Source: Acidobacteriota bacterium
Lineage (GTDB): Bacteria; Acidobacteriota; UBA890; WLXD01
Direction: 5' to 3'
Assembly (NCBI GenBank): GCA_965205505.1
Contig: CBDBHB010000006.1
Span: 320,001 to 384,000, forward strand
Length of the DNA stretch: 64,000 nt
Below the pieces are notes generated by a model. That model had not been told where the DNA came from. It made no database searches and saw only the letters and a program-made list of their open reading frames with translations. The translations under genes were made by a program, and so were the position numbers. How positions within the stretch are numbered: the first letter of the stretch is position 1; the number at the start of each line of letters is the position of its first letter. This document shows, one piece after another, positions 39,634 to 50,164 of the stretch.

Positions 39634-41384
39634 GGCTCCATGGCGGGGCGTTGGTCGCCGCCGTCACGCTGTGCGCGGGGTGCTCCCCGGCGTTGCAGCT
39701 GCCGGCGGACACCATTGTCGTCAACGGCAAGGTGATCACCGTCGATACAGACGACTCGATCACCGAGGCGCTGGCGATTCGTGACGGCAAGATCGTCGCG
39801 CTGGGATCGACGCACCAGATCGAAGCGCTCGCGGGAGACGCCACGCGTCGAATTGATCTTGGCGGCCTGACCGCAACCCCCGGGCTCATCGATACTCACA
39901 ACCATTTCGCGGTCGGCGCCGCCGGAGCGCTCTTCACGCTCGACGTGTCGTACCCGGCGGTCGAGTCGATCACCGACGTCGTGGAGGCGGTTCGCGCCGC
40001 GGTCGCCGAGCGCGATCCCGGCGAGTGGATCACCGGCGGTGGATGGGACGAGGGAAAGCTCGAGGAACGGCGCTATATCTATGCCAATGATCTGGATGCG
40101 GTGTCGCCCGACAACCCGGTCTGGCTGACGCACACGACGGCGCACTACAGCGTCGGCAACTCCCTGGCGCTCGATCTGGCCGGTGTCACGCGCGACACGC
40201 CGGACCCGCCTGGAGGTGTGATCGACCGCCAGCCCGATGGCACGCCGACGGGCGTGTTCAAGGACACCGCGACGTCGCTGGTGCGACGCCACATTCCGAC
40301 CCGCGACGATGATCGCCTGCGCGAGGCCATCGAGCGTTACGTTCCCGAGCTGCACAAGGAGGGAATGACGGCGATCAAGGACCCGGAGATCGGCTTGCGC
40401 ACCTGGCACGCCTACCAGGCGGCGCTGGCTTCGGGGAGTCTCACCGCCCGGGTATTCGTGCTGTGGCGCGTTGGGCGAAGCGTCGAGGATACGCACCGGC
40501 TCATCGAGCAGGTCGGCCCGTTTACCAAGCCATGGATCTCCACCGGCGACGACATGCTGGTCTCGGGAGGCATCAAGCTGTACGCCGACGGTAGCGGCGG
40601 CGCACGCACCGCGTGGCTGCACGAGGAGTGGAACAGGAACCTCACCGAGGTCGATCACGGCAACTACGGCGTGCCGCGAGCCACTCCCGAGGTGCTTCGC
40701 GAGCAGATCATCGCCGTGCACGAGGCTGGCCTGCACCTGGGCGTGCACGCCATCGGTGACCGCACCATCGATGTTGTGGTGGATGCTTTTGCCGATGCGC
40801 TCGAGCGGAGTCCGGCATACGGGCTGCGGCACAGCATCATCCACTCCAACATCCCGACCGACGCGGCGTTGGACAAGATCGCCCGCCTGCAGGCCGACTA
40901 CGATGCCGTGTACCCGGAGGTTCAGCCCGGCTTTACCTGGTGGATCGGCGACACCTATGCCGGCAACTTCGGCCCGCAGCGGAATCAACGGTTGCTGGGC
41001 CTCAAAACCTATCTCGTTCGCGGTATCCGCTGGGGCAGCGGGTCCGACTACGATGTCACCCCGTTCGCGGCGCGGTATGGCCTCTGGGCTTCCGTGGCTC
41101 GCGAGACATTGATGGGTACCCACGGCGCGAATCCCTTCGGTACCGAAGAGTCCGTCGACATCCGCACGGCGCTGCGCTCCTACACCGCCTGGAACGCACG
41201 GCAGCTGTTCATGGAGGACCGCATCGGCACCCTCGAGGTCGGCAAGTACGCCGACATCGCCGTATGGGATCGTGACCTCTACTCGGTGCCGACCGACGAG
41301 ATCAAGGAGATGCGCTGCGAGTTGACGCTAGTCAACGGAGAGATCGTCTATCGGGCGCCGGAGACGCGCGTCTTGGTCGAGTAG
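39630..41384 (+). CDS. Amidohydrolase 3 family (YtcJ-like) lipoprotein
   Basis: PGLIDTHNH, IKLYADGS, HAIGDR, GSD, GTLEVGKYAD and lipobox CAGC. Confidence 0.9.
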   Translation: MRLHGGALVAAVTLCAGCSPALQLPADTIVVNGKVITVDTDDSITEALAIRDGKIVALGSTHQIEALAGDATRRIDLGGLTATPGLIDTHNHFAVGAAGALFTLDVSYPAVESITDVVEAVRAAVAERDPGEWITGGGWDEGKLEERRYIYANDLDAVSPDNPVWLTHTTAHYSVGNSLALDLAGVTRDTPDPPGGVIDRQPDGTPTGVFKDTATSLVRRHIPTRDDDRLREAIERYVPELHKEGMTAIKDPEIGLRTWHAYQAALASGSLTARVFVLWRVGRSVEDTHRLIEQVGPFTKPWISTGDDMLVSGGIKLYADGSGGARTAWLHEEWNRNLTEVDHGNYGVPRATPEVLREQIIAVHEAGLHLGVHAIGDRTIDVVVDAFADALERSPAYGLRHSIIHSNIPTDAALDKIARLQADYDAVYPEVQPGFTWWIGDTYAGNFGPQRNQRLLGLKTYLVRGIRWGSGSDYDVTPFAARYGLWASVARETLMGTHGANPFGTEESVDIRTALRSYTAWNARQLFMEDRIGTLEVGKYADIAVWDRDLYSVPTDEIKEMRCELTLVNGEIVYRAPETRVLVE

Positions 41385-41393
41385 AGTGACCCG

Positions 41394-43127
41394 GTGGAAT
41401 CGAAGCGAGCCGACCGCACGCCTCTGACGGAGCCGCTAGGTCTCGCGTCGGCGCTCCTGGTCCTGGGCGCCGCGGCCGGGCCGGCGACAGCGCCGGTGCG
41501 TGGTGCGCCCGAGACGATCCTTCATGGCGGCCGAATCTACACGGTCGATCCGGCACGCCCGTGGGCTGAGGCGGTCGCCATCGAGGCCGGCAAGATCGTT
41601 GCTATCGGCGACGATGCCGAGGTGCTCGGCCTGGGCAGCAGCATGACCGAGCGGATCGACCTGGACGGTCGGATGGTACTTCCCGGCTTCCATGATCCGC
41701 ACGTCCACGTGGTCGAGGCGGGCGTCAACGAGCGCCTCTGTCTTTTCCCTTGGCGTCGTCCGCTAGCGGCCTACGAGCAATCGGCTCGCACCTGCGCCAA
41801 CCGCCAACAGCGCCGCGACTGGGTAGTCGGGGCGGGGGTCTTTGTGGCGGCGCTGCTGGAAGGAGACGAGCTACCGGTCGACGTGCTGGATCGCGCCGTG
41901 CCGGATCGGCCGGCGCTGATTCTCGACGACCTGGGGCATGGCGCGTGGGCCAACACAATGGCCATGGAAGCCGCTGGATATCGTCGCGCTAGTCCCGACC
42001 CGCCAGGCGGAATCCTGGATCGCGACGCAGTAAGCGGGCGTCTGACCGGAATCGTGTTCGAGAACGCCCAGCAGAGGCTGCGCGACGCAGCCTGGCCACC
42101 GACCGAACAAAACCTCGAAGAGACGTATCAAGGGCTGATCGGCAGCCTCGCCGAGCTCAACATGCACGGGATTACCTCGGTCAGCGATGCCGGCGGCTAC
42201 TGGACGCGCGGCCACCACGAGGTGTGGGAGCGCGCCCAGCGTCGCGGCGAGCTCACGGTCCGCGCCAGCAACGCGCTGTATGTGTTTCCGGACCGCCCGT
42301 TCGATGCTCAGATCGCCGACCTCGAGCGCCTGTATGCCAACGAGTCCGGGAGCCTGCTGCGATTCAATCAGGCGAAGATCTACATCGACGGCATCCTCGA
42401 CCTCGGAACCTCGGCGCTGCTGGATCCCTACCTCGAGAAAGCGTCTCCCCCGAGCCCGTCGCCTTCCGGGTTCGTCTACTTCGAGCAGGCTGTGCTGCAG
42501 GAGTATGTCCGGGTGCTCGACGAGATCGGGTTTCAAATGCACTTCCACGCCACCGGCGATCGCGGCGTGCGGCTGGCGCTTGACGCAGTGGAGGCTGCGC
42601 GGGCGGACAATGGTGCTGCGGATCGGCGGCATCGCGTCACCCACCTCTATTTGGTGGACGAAGAGGACCGGGGGCGGTTCCTCGAGCTCGGTGTGATCGC
42701 CGACCTGCAGATGCCCCCCGACGCCGTCAACCGTGCCTACGCGCGCTACCTGAGCCGCTTGGTCGGCGATGACGCGTCCGAAGCGCTGCTGCCGGTGCAA
42801 TCGCTGCTGGACGCCGGAGCCAAGACCGTTCTGAGCAGCGATTGGGACGCCGGCCCGCTGTCGCCGCTGGGCACCATCCAGCTCGCGCTGACGCGTTTCA
42901 CCGAACCGGTCGGCAGGCTCGGAGACGCGATCCGCATGCTGACGCTGGACGCCGCGTTCCTGCTGCACCAGGCCGACATCACCGGTTCGATCATGGTCGG
43001 CAAGCAGGCAGACCTGGTGGTGCTCGATCGCGATCTGTTCGCCATCCCGAAGACGCAGATCGAGGATGTGCGGGTGTTGCTCACGCTGCTTGACGGCGAG
43101 AAAGTCTTCCGCGCCGGAGGCTTCTGA
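41394..43127 (+). CDS. Amidohydrolase 3 family (YtcJ-like) protein
   Basis: PGFHDPHVH, KIYIDG, HATGDR, SSDW and GKQADLVVLD. Confidence 0.9.
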   Translation: MESKRADRTPLTEPLGLASALLVLGAAAGPATAPVRGAPETILHGGRIYTVDPARPWAEAVAIEAGKIVAIGDDAEVLGLGSSMTERIDLDGRMVLPGFHDPHVHVVEAGVNERLCLFPWRRPLAAYEQSARTCANRQQRRDWVVGAGVFVAALLEGDELPVDVLDRAVPDRPALILDDLGHGAWANTMAMEAAGYRRASPDPPGGILDRDAVSGRLTGIVFENAQQRLRDAAWPPTEQNLEETYQGLIGSLAELNMHGITSVSDAGGYWTRGHHEVWERAQRRGELTVRASNALYVFPDRPFDAQIADLERLYANESGSLLRFNQAKIYIDGILDLGTSALLDPYLEKASPPSPSPSGFVYFEQAVLQEYVRVLDEIGFQMHFHATGDRGVRLALDAVEAARADNGAADRRHRVTHLYLVDEEDRGRFLELGVIADLQMPPDAVNRAYARYLSRLVGDDASEALLPVQSLLDAGAKTVLSSDWDAGPLSPLGTIQLALTRFTEPVGRLGDAIRMLTLDAAFLLHQADITGSIMVGKQADLVVLDRDLFAIPKTQIEDVRVLLTLLDGEKVFRAGGF

Positions 43128-43185
43128 GCCCTCGCTGTGCTCGAGCGTTTGCTCCAATACGCGACGCTGGGTCGCCGGCCGAGAC

Positions 43186-45789
43186 CTACCAGTTGAACGA
43201 GCGCGTGATCTTCAACGTCAGCGAGCGGTCGTGGCGACCGAAGCGAAGGCCGTCGTACTCGCCCGCCTGACGGTAGACGAGATAGATGTCGTCGCCGATG
43301 CGGTAGATGTAGCGCAGGCGCGCGAAGATCGAGACGTCGTTCGAAACGTTGCTGTGCTGAACCAGCGCATCGGTGAGCCAGCGGTCCGAAAAGCTGTAGT
43401 TGGCGCGCACGTTGAGCACGTTGCTCGTGAAGCTCCCCCCCGGAAGATCGATCTTGTTGTAGCGGAAGGTTGGAGCGACGCGGAGCTTCTCACTGAGCCG
43501 AAACGTCAGCCGTGGCGACAGCGTCAGTATGTTTCCATCGAAGAACTCTCCGATGTTGGTGCTGAGGCTGGCGCTGACCCTGCGGCCACCGAAGGTGAAC
43601 AGGAACACATCCAAGCTGTCGAAGCTGTACTCGCCGGGCGGGATCGTCACGTCGGGGTGGATCTCGAAGGGGACGTCGAGCCGCTCGAAGTCCCGAGCGT
43701 AGCCGCCGCCAATCGAGTCTCCCGACTCGAGCTCGAGGAACGCAAAGACTTCCTCCCGGCGGCTGACCAGCGTCCCACCGGTGTCGTGAAAGGTCGAGAG
43801 GCTGGCATCGATGCTCACCCGTCGCATCCATGCAATGCCCGGCCGCGGGTTCCATGAGGTCTGGTAGGCGCGGCGGACGATGTCCTCCCGCAGGACGAAG
43901 CCCAGATCGCTCTGGAAGTCGGGATCGATCCGCAGGACGTCGACGCTGGCGCCCCACAGGTCGCTGTTCCAGCCAACACGGAACTGGCCGGCGAACTTGC
44001 CTTCCTCGAGGTCATCGTCGGTGGCACGCGCCCCGAAGGCCGAGACGTTGAGGTTGTCGAAGAAAGTGAAGCTGGCGTCGGCTCCGATAACCGTGTTGGT
44101 CGCTCCGTCCGGCCCTTCGACGTTGGTTATGAGCGCGCCGACGCTCGATCGGGCCAGCACGTCCTGACGCCAGCGCAGCACCGCATAGTTGCGCCCTTCA
44201 CCGAACTCGGAGTCGCCCGTTCGGACGTTGAGGAAGCCGATGTTGCCGCTGCCCACCTTGCCCGTCATCTTGGCGCCGAAGTCGATAGGCGTTGGCTCGC
44301 CTGAGTCCGACAGGCCGATGTTGCGCGAGTGGAAGAGACGCAACGTTGGAGCTCCGAAGCCGCCGAAGCCACCGCCGCGTTGCTGGCCGAAGCTGAAGTT
44401 GTTGGCCCCTTCGAGGAAGAAGTCGCGCTTCTCGGGGAAAAAGAGCGAGAAGCGCGTCAGGTTGACGCGTTGCTGATCGACTTCGACCTGCGCGAAATCG
44501 GTGTTGTAGGTGAGGTCGGCGGTCAGGTTCGACGTGATCTGGATCTTGAAGTCGTCGATGCCGAGCTGGTCGGTAACGTCGTTGGTGCGACCGGGGTCGT
44601 CGAATAGTGAGGTAGTGCCGCCCAGAAAGTAGGGCCGGACCCGGAAGCGCTGGGTCACCGACAGGTTCTCGAAGCCGCGCAGGTCGCCGGCTTGCGATAC
44701 GGCGATGAATCGAAAATCACGTCGATAGTTGCTCCAGGCCACCTGCTCGTTCTTGTGGCGGATCTGACGCTCGAAGTCGACGCCCCAGTCGGCCATGCCG
44801 GACGAGAAGCGCAGGATCCCCAGCGGGATGACCAGCTCGGCCTCCCAGCCACGGGAGGTGACCTGTGCGGCCGCCTCCCAGGCCTCGTCCCAGTCGGAGT
44901 TGATCTCGCGCTCGTTGCGAATGGTGGCGTCGTAGCGGGTGCCGAGTGCGTTCACGGTGAACAGGAAGGCGCTGCGACCATCGTGGAAGGTGTCCAGCAA
45001 GATGCTGAAGGTGTCGTCGGATCCGCCGAATCGTGAGCCCAGCGCGTCGCGTCGCATCTCGGTGGCGAGCACGGCGCTCGGGTTGCTGTCGTACGCAATC
45101 ACGCCGACATAGAGGTTCTCGTCGTCGTATAGAACATGGACCTCCGTGCGTTCCGAGGCTGGCTGCCCTTCTTGCGGCTCGCGCTGAAGGAAGTCGCTGG
45201 CGACATCGGCAAGGGCCCAGCTAGCGTCGTCGACGATCCCGTCCATCACCGGAGCTTCGCTGGTACGCGTGACCGCCACGTCTGGTGCCCGACCCGGCGC
45301 CCGCGCAGATCGCGGTCGGGCAGCTCCGAACGCCGTCTCGAGAGCGGTGGGTGTTGGAGCGGCGGCACCGTCGGTCGCTTCGAACGGCGGTGTCGGTACA
45401 ACGGCACCGGTGGGTGTCGGCGCCCGCACGCCAGCCGGGTCCATGACCGGAGCGCTGGTGACACGAACGGGCGCGTTCAGCTCCCCCGGCGTGACCATCC
45501 GCACCGGAATCTGCCTTCTCGGTAACTGGGTCGGCACCATGAGCGGCGCGCGTGGTCCGCCTCCGTTCCCCGCCAGCGGCACGCTCCGCAGGGCGATGCG
45601 CGTGCCCGGAGTGACCATGCGTACGGGAATCGCCCGCCGCCCAACCGGCTGCTGTCGTTGGCGCTCGGTTTGGCTCTGGCGTTGGCGTTCTGCCGAAGCA
45701 GCGCTGGACTGGCTCAGGGACTCCGGCGCCGGGCCGGCAGCCACCACGACGGCGAGGCACAGGAAGAGAACTGACTTGGGCTTAGGCAA
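43186..45789 (-). CDS. DUF5916 / CBM9-like domain outer-membrane protein (start uncertain)
   Basis: APVMDG, FLQREP..GQPASERTEV, LDTFHD, NTDFAQVEVD and FSLFFPEKRDFFLEG. It has a C-terminal aromatic (FNW) and a Pro/Ala-rich N-region with IPVRMVTPG repeated twice. Confidence 0.82.
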   Translation of the reverse strand: MPKPKSVLFLCLAVVVAAGPAPESLSQSSAASAERQRQSQTERQRQQPVGRRAIPVRMVTPGTRIALRSVPLAGNGGGPRAPLMVPTQLPRRQIPVRMVTPGELNAPVRVTSAPVMDPAGVRAPTPTGAVVPTPPFEATDGAAAPTPTALETAFGAARPRSARAPGRAPDVAVTRTSEAPVMDGIVDDASWALADVASDFLQREPQEGQPASERTEVHVLYDDENLYVGVIAYDSNPSAVLATEMRRDALGSRFGGSDDTFSILLDTFHDGRSAFLFTVNALGTRYDATIRNEREINSDWDEAWEAAAQVTSRGWEAELVIPLGILRFSSGMADWGVDFERQIRHKNEQVAWSNYRRDFRFIAVSQAGDLRGFENLSVTQRFRVRPYFLGGTTSLFDDPGRTNDVTDQLGIDDFKIQITSNLTADLTYNTDFAQVEVDQQRVNLTRFSLFFPEKRDFFLEGANNFSFGQQRGGGFGGFGAPTLRLFHSRNIGLSDSGEPTPIDFGAKMTGKVGSGNIGFLNVRTGDSEFGEGRNYAVLRWRQDVLARSSVGALITNVEGPDGATNTVIGADASFTFFDNLNVSAFGARATDDDLEEGKFAGQFRVGWNSDLWGASVDVLRIDPDFQSDLGFVLREDIVRRAYQTSWNPRPGIAWMRRVSIDASLSTFHDTGGTLVSRREEVFAFLELESGDSIGGGYARDFERLDVPFEIHPDVTIPPGEYSFDSLDVFLFTFGGRRVSASLSTNIGEFFDGNILTLSPRLTFRLSEKLRVAPTFRYNKIDLPGGSFTSNVLNVRANYSFSDRWLTDALVQHSNVSNDVSIFARLRYIYRIGDDIYLVYRQAGEYDGLRFGRHDRSLTLKITRSFNW

Positions 45790-46004
45790 GACCAGAGTGT
45801 CCGAGGGCGCTGAGGCTCGACGATGCTGCTCCCCGGTTAAGTTACAGTGTGCGTCTGACGGACGAAATAAATCCGTCGGTTCCACGGCGCGTGGCCGGCC
45901 AGACAAGGCCAGCGGCCGACGGTTGTGATACTGCAGCGGAACTCGCCGCGGCCCTGAGTAGCACGCGCATGCGGCGGACCGACACCAAGGAGATCGAGGG
46001 CCGG

Positions 46005-47585
46005 ATGGACAGACAGATCGAGCCCCGAGTCTTCTGGCCGGCGTTGATCGTCATCCTGACGATGTGCACTACCGCCATGATGTGGCCCGAGGCCGGCGGG
46101 GTGGTGGTCAACCAGGCGCGAAACTGGGTGAGCTACAACTTCGGCTGGCTCTACCTGTTCTCCGGCATCGCGTGCTTCGGATTGCTCGCCTGGCTAACGT
46201 TCGGCCGTTTCGCCGGCGTGAAGCTCGGTCGACCTGATGACGAGCCCGAGTTCTCCACCTTCACCTGGATCGCGATGCTCTTCTGTGGCGGTATCGGTTC
46301 CAGCCTCACCTACTGGGCCCTGCTCGAGCCCATTTACTATCTGCAGACGCCTCCCTTCGCGCTCGAGAGCGGCTCCGCCCTTTCCTACGAGTGGGCCGCC
46401 ATGTACGGCAACTTTCACTGGGGGCTCAGCGCCTGGGCCTTCTGGGCCGTCCCGGCTATCATCATCGGTTACTCGTACTACGTGCGGCGCCAGCCCCGGC
46501 TGACCTTCAGCATGGCCTCGAAGAGCGTGCTCGGGCGGCACACCACCGGCCCGTTAGGGATCGCTATGGACGTCGCCGTGATGTTCGGAATTATCGGCGG
46601 CGTGGGGACGTCACTGGGTCTGGGTACGCCTCTGATCGCGGCGATCTCGGCCGAGATCCTCGGTATATCGCAAGGCATCGGACTGAACCTGGTGATCTTG
46701 TTCATCTGGACGCTCATATTCGGCACCAGCGTTTACCTCGGTCTCGAGCGTGGAATCGCGCGGCTCAGCAACATCAACACCTACCTGGCGCTCCTCCTGG
46801 TCGCCTTCGTGCTGGTGGTTGGCCCCACGGTGTTCATCCTCAACATGTTCAGCAACAGCATGAGCCTGATGCTGGACAACTTTTTTCGTATGAGCCTATG
46901 GACCGACCCCATCGCCGAGGAAAGGTTCCCACAAACCTGGACGGTCTTCTATTGGGCATGGTGGGTGGCGTACGCGCCGATGATGGGGCTGTTCGTCGCC
47001 CGCATCTCCCGAGGCCGCACGTTCCGCGAGGTCGTTTTTGCAATGTGCTTCTGGGGCTCGGTCGGCTGCTGGGCCTACTTCGCCGTCTTCGGCGGCTACT
47101 CGCTCCATCTGCAGGTCACTGGCGCTCTCGACGTCAGCCGGCTCCTCACCGAGGTGGGCCCGGCGAGAACGGGCGCCGCGATCCTGGCGTCGCTGCCGAT
47201 GAGCGGCGTGGTGCTGCCGACCATCGTGGTAGTGCTGTTCATCTTCATGGCGACCACCATCGACTCCTCGGCGTACATCCTCGCCTCGGTTTCGACGCGT
47301 GAGCTTCACGCCGACGAGGAGCCGGCGCGCTGGAATCGTGTCCTGTGGGCGATCATCCTCGGTTTAACCGCCATGATGATGCTCAGCATCGGCGGCCTCG
47401 AGGTACTCCAGGCGTCCTCCATCGTGATGGCGCTGCCGGTGCTGCTCGCCTTATACGTGCTCGCGTGGGCCTTCGTGAAGGACCTGCTCGAGGACTACGG
47501 CGAGGCGCTTGCCACGCCGCCTCTGCCAGTGGTGGAATACGACGAGGACGGCCGGCGTCTCCGCGATGATTCGACGCCAGACTGA
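46005..47585 (+). CDS. BCCT family (betaine/carnitine/choline) transporter
   Basis: KLGRPDDEPEFSTFTW, FHWGLSAW and WTVFYWAWWVAYAPMMGLFVARISRGRT. Confidence 0.92.
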   Translation: MDRQIEPRVFWPALIVILTMCTTAMMWPEAGGVVVNQARNWVSYNFGWLYLFSGIACFGLLAWLTFGRFAGVKLGRPDDEPEFSTFTWIAMLFCGGIGSSLTYWALLEPIYYLQTPPFALESGSALSYEWAAMYGNFHWGLSAWAFWAVPAIIIGYSYYVRRQPRLTFSMASKSVLGRHTTGPLGIAMDVAVMFGIIGGVGTSLGLGTPLIAAISAEILGISQGIGLNLVILFIWTLIFGTSVYLGLERGIARLSNINTYLALLLVAFVLVVGPTVFILNMFSNSMSLMLDNFFRMSLWTDPIAEERFPQTWTVFYWAWWVAYAPMMGLFVARISRGRTFREVVFAMCFWGSVGCWAYFAVFGGYSLHLQVTGALDVSRLLTEVGPARTGAAILASLPMSGVVLPTIVVVLFIFMATTIDSSAYILASVSTRELHADEEPARWNRVLWAIILGLTAMMMLSIGGLEVLQASSIVMALPVLLALYVLAWAFVKDLLEDYGEALATPPLPVVEYDEDGRRLRDDSTPD

Positions 47586-47610
47586 CGGCGCTCGCCGAAG
47601 GTCGATCCGG

Positions 47611-49335
47611 ATGTATCTCGGCAGGGTTTCTCGGGCCCGGTGCGCAATGCTCGGAGCACTGTTGCTGCTCGCGTCGCTGCCCAGCTCGACCGCCGCCCAG
47701 GGACAAGAAGTGCGCTTCGTGCGTGTGCCGGACAACGCCGGGATCACGTTCTCGCACGACTACGGTGGAGCCGAGAAAGCCTACATATCGGAGTTCGGCG
47801 GATCGGGTGGAGCGTGGCTCGACTACGATCGCGATGGCGGCCTCGACCTGTTCCTGGTAAACGGACTCGAGGGCGCTGGCGCCGACCCTGTCGCTGCATC
47901 GATTGCAGGTCTCGCGGGTAGGTATTCCAGTGGTGGGCACGCCCTCTACCGACGCAGGCAAGGCGGCTATGGTCGTGTGCCCGATGGAGGCGGCGCCGGT
48001 GATCACGTTTGGGGCAACGGGGCGGCCGTTGCCGACGTCGACAACGATGGCTTCCCCGACCTGTTGGTTACGGCCATCGGTCCCGATCGCTTGTACCGCA
48101 ACAACGGCGACGGCACGTTCAGCGCGTGGCCGGCCAGAGTGCAGGACGAGGGCTGGGGCGCAAGCGCCACCTTTCTCGATTGGGACGGCGATGGCTGGCT
48201 CGATGTCTATGTTACCAAGTACGTGGATTTCGACGGTGCCAACACTCACACGGTGGGCGACCGCTACTGCATGTATCAGGGCGTCGACGTCTTCTGCGGG
48301 CCGGAGGGGCTCGATGGCGCGCGCGATGTGTTCTTCAGAAACCGGGCGGACGGCACGTTCGAGCCGTGGCCGAGTCAGCGAGTCGATCGCGAATCAACAT
48401 ACGGGCTGGCGCTGGTAGCCACCGATTGCAACGGTGATGCGAGGCCCGAGATCTACGTCGCCAACGACTCGACCATCAACCTGCTGTATCGCCGAGATGA
48501 TACCGGGGTACTCGATGAATGGGGCCTGTTCTCGGGCGCCGGCTATAGCAGCGAGGGCCTGGAGCAGGCGGGGATGGGCGCCACTGCGGCAGACTTCGAT
48601 GCCGACGGGCATTTCGACCTGCTCGTTAGCAACTTTCAGAACGACAACAACGCCCTCTACCGCAATCTCGGCGACTGCTCCTTCGAAGAAGTCAGCCAAC
48701 TGCTCGGGCTGGCCGCCAGCAGCCTTCCATACATGGGTTGGGCGGCGCAGTTCTTCGACCCGGACGGCGACGCCGACGTCGACGTGTTCGTGGCCAACGG
48801 CCACATCTATCCGCAACTCGACGAGTATGAGCCCTACGCGCAACGCAACCTGCTGTCGTTGAATCGATTGCGGGAAACCGGTGAGGCGCGGTTCGAGGAG
48901 ATAGGGCAGCAGGCGGGACCCGGGATGGCGATCGAGGCGACGTCGCGCGCGGCCCTCATCGGCGACTACGACAACGACGCCGATGCCGATGTGCTGGTGA
49001 CCAACATCAACGGTGCTCCGGACCTGCTGCGCAACGACACCGAGCCACAGCTTGCCGCGCTACAGGTGCGTCTGGTGGGTCGCGAGGCCAACCGAATGGG
49101 CTACGGAGCGCGCCTCCTGGTGCGCTCGGGCGACGACGTGCAAGTGTTGCAGATGAGCAGCGGCGATGGCTATCTCGGCAGCAACGATGCGCGACTACTC
49201 ATCTACCTGCCGTCAGGCCGCGCCGACGAGCTCCGGGTACTCTGGGGCGTCGGGAAGGAGACGGTCCTCACCGATGTGGCGCCAGGTCAGATCGTGGTCG
49301 ATCAGGAGCGAGGCGTCGTCGCCCGACAGAACTAG
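47611..49335 (+). CDS. CRTAC1 family protein (FG-GAP/VCBS repeats plus ASPIC/UnbV)
   Basis: Repeated DYDRDG/DVDNDG/DWDGDG/DFDADG motifs, LYRNNGDGTF, AGMG and GDGYLGSND. Confidence 0.88.
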   Translation: MYLGRVSRARCAMLGALLLLASLPSSTAAQGQEVRFVRVPDNAGITFSHDYGGAEKAYISEFGGSGGAWLDYDRDGGLDLFLVNGLEGAGADPVAASIAGLAGRYSSGGHALYRRRQGGYGRVPDGGGAGDHVWGNGAAVADVDNDGFPDLLVTAIGPDRLYRNNGDGTFSAWPARVQDEGWGASATFLDWDGDGWLDVYVTKYVDFDGANTHTVGDRYCMYQGVDVFCGPEGLDGARDVFFRNRADGTFEPWPSQRVDRESTYGLALVATDCNGDARPEIYVANDSTINLLYRRDDTGVLDEWGLFSGAGYSSEGLEQAGMGATAADFDADGHFDLLVSNFQNDNNALYRNLGDCSFEEVSQLLGLAASSLPYMGWAAQFFDPDGDADVDVFVANGHIYPQLDEYEPYAQRNLLSLNRLRETGEARFEEIGQQAGPGMAIEATSRAALIGDYDNDADADVLVTNINGAPDLLRNDTEPQLAALQVRLVGREANRMGYGARLLVRSGDDVQVLQMSSGDGYLGSNDARLLIYLPSGRADELRVLWGVGKETVLTDVAPGQIVVDQERGVVARQN

Positions 49336-49336
49336 A

Positions 49337-49512
49337 CTAGCAGGCCGTGGTGAAAGTGTGGTGGGTCTGGCGACAGGGTCTTGCGAGGCGCAGGCAAGGA
49401 GAGAGGAGGAGGCGATGGTTACCCCATCGTTGACGAGGAACGACGCAGCATACGCGCGCAACCCCCTGTCGCCCGAAGGGTTACCCACCACACTTTCACC
49501 ACGGCCTGCTAG
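49337..49512. mobile_element. MITE-like element C (176 bp): family-A copy in the opposite orientation carrying a single hairpin module
   Basis: Same TIR as element A, with 30 bp matching at the right end. The interior equals the reverse complement of A module 2 with about 6 differences, and A module 1 (103 bp) is missing. The right CTAG is the stop of the DUF1326 gene. Confidence 0.88.
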
Positions 49513-50120
49513 GGCCCCTGCCAGTCGATCTTGGCGTACTCGCCGCTCTGACCCTCGAGGTTCCAGTTCCGTCCCCAGTCACGGTACCGGCTCACCTTTG
49601 CGCGGCACACGACGATATCGGGCGCCATCCAATAGCCGCTGTTGGTCACCTTGGTGACCCCCGTGCCGCCGCGCCCCTTTATTGGCTCCACGTGACCGTC
49701 GATGATCTTCGGGATACCGACGCGCCAGCCGCGCCCCTCTTTCTCGAAGCTGATCGGTACATGCTTGGTGCCGCGAAAATCGGCGATCATGATCGAGAAC
49801 CAGCTGATGGGCCCACCTGCCTTGCCCGACAGGATCTTCTCGAGCGCCTTCGCTTTTGCCGGGCTGGCTTTCTCGTCGACGTAGAGCCCTACCGTCCAAC
49901 CTCCGTCGGCGAGCGCACCAGGGACATCCATCAGGACGGCGACCTTGAGGCCGTCAAGCTTCAACCTACCGGCATTGCCCTCGTGGATGTTGATGGCGTA
50001 CCACGTGTGGCAGACACCATGGCTGGGCTTCGCGGTTCCGAGCGACACCACACACGGACAAAACACATCGCAGTTGCAGCTCAGCACAATCTCGCCGCGG
50101 ATCCTCCAACGTGCCGCCAT
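49509..50120 (-). CDS. DUF1326 domain protein
   Basis: W.I.G....CNC...CPC, C..W....I.EG, LYVDEKA and C-terminal WQGP. Confidence 0.82.
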   Translation of the reverse strand: MAARWRIRGEIVLSCNCDVFCPCVVSLGTAKPSHGVCHTWYAINIHEGNAGRLKLDGLKVAVLMDVPGALADGGWTVGLYVDEKASPAKAKALEKILSGKAGGPISWFSIMIADFRGTKHVPISFEKEGRGWRVGIPKIIDGHVEPIKGRGGTGVTKVTNSGYWMAPDIVVCRAKVSRYRDWGRNWNLEGQSGEYAKIDWQGP

Positions 50121-50164
50121 AGCTCCTCCGGTTGCCACTTTCGCGAGTCAGACCTTAGCACCTG

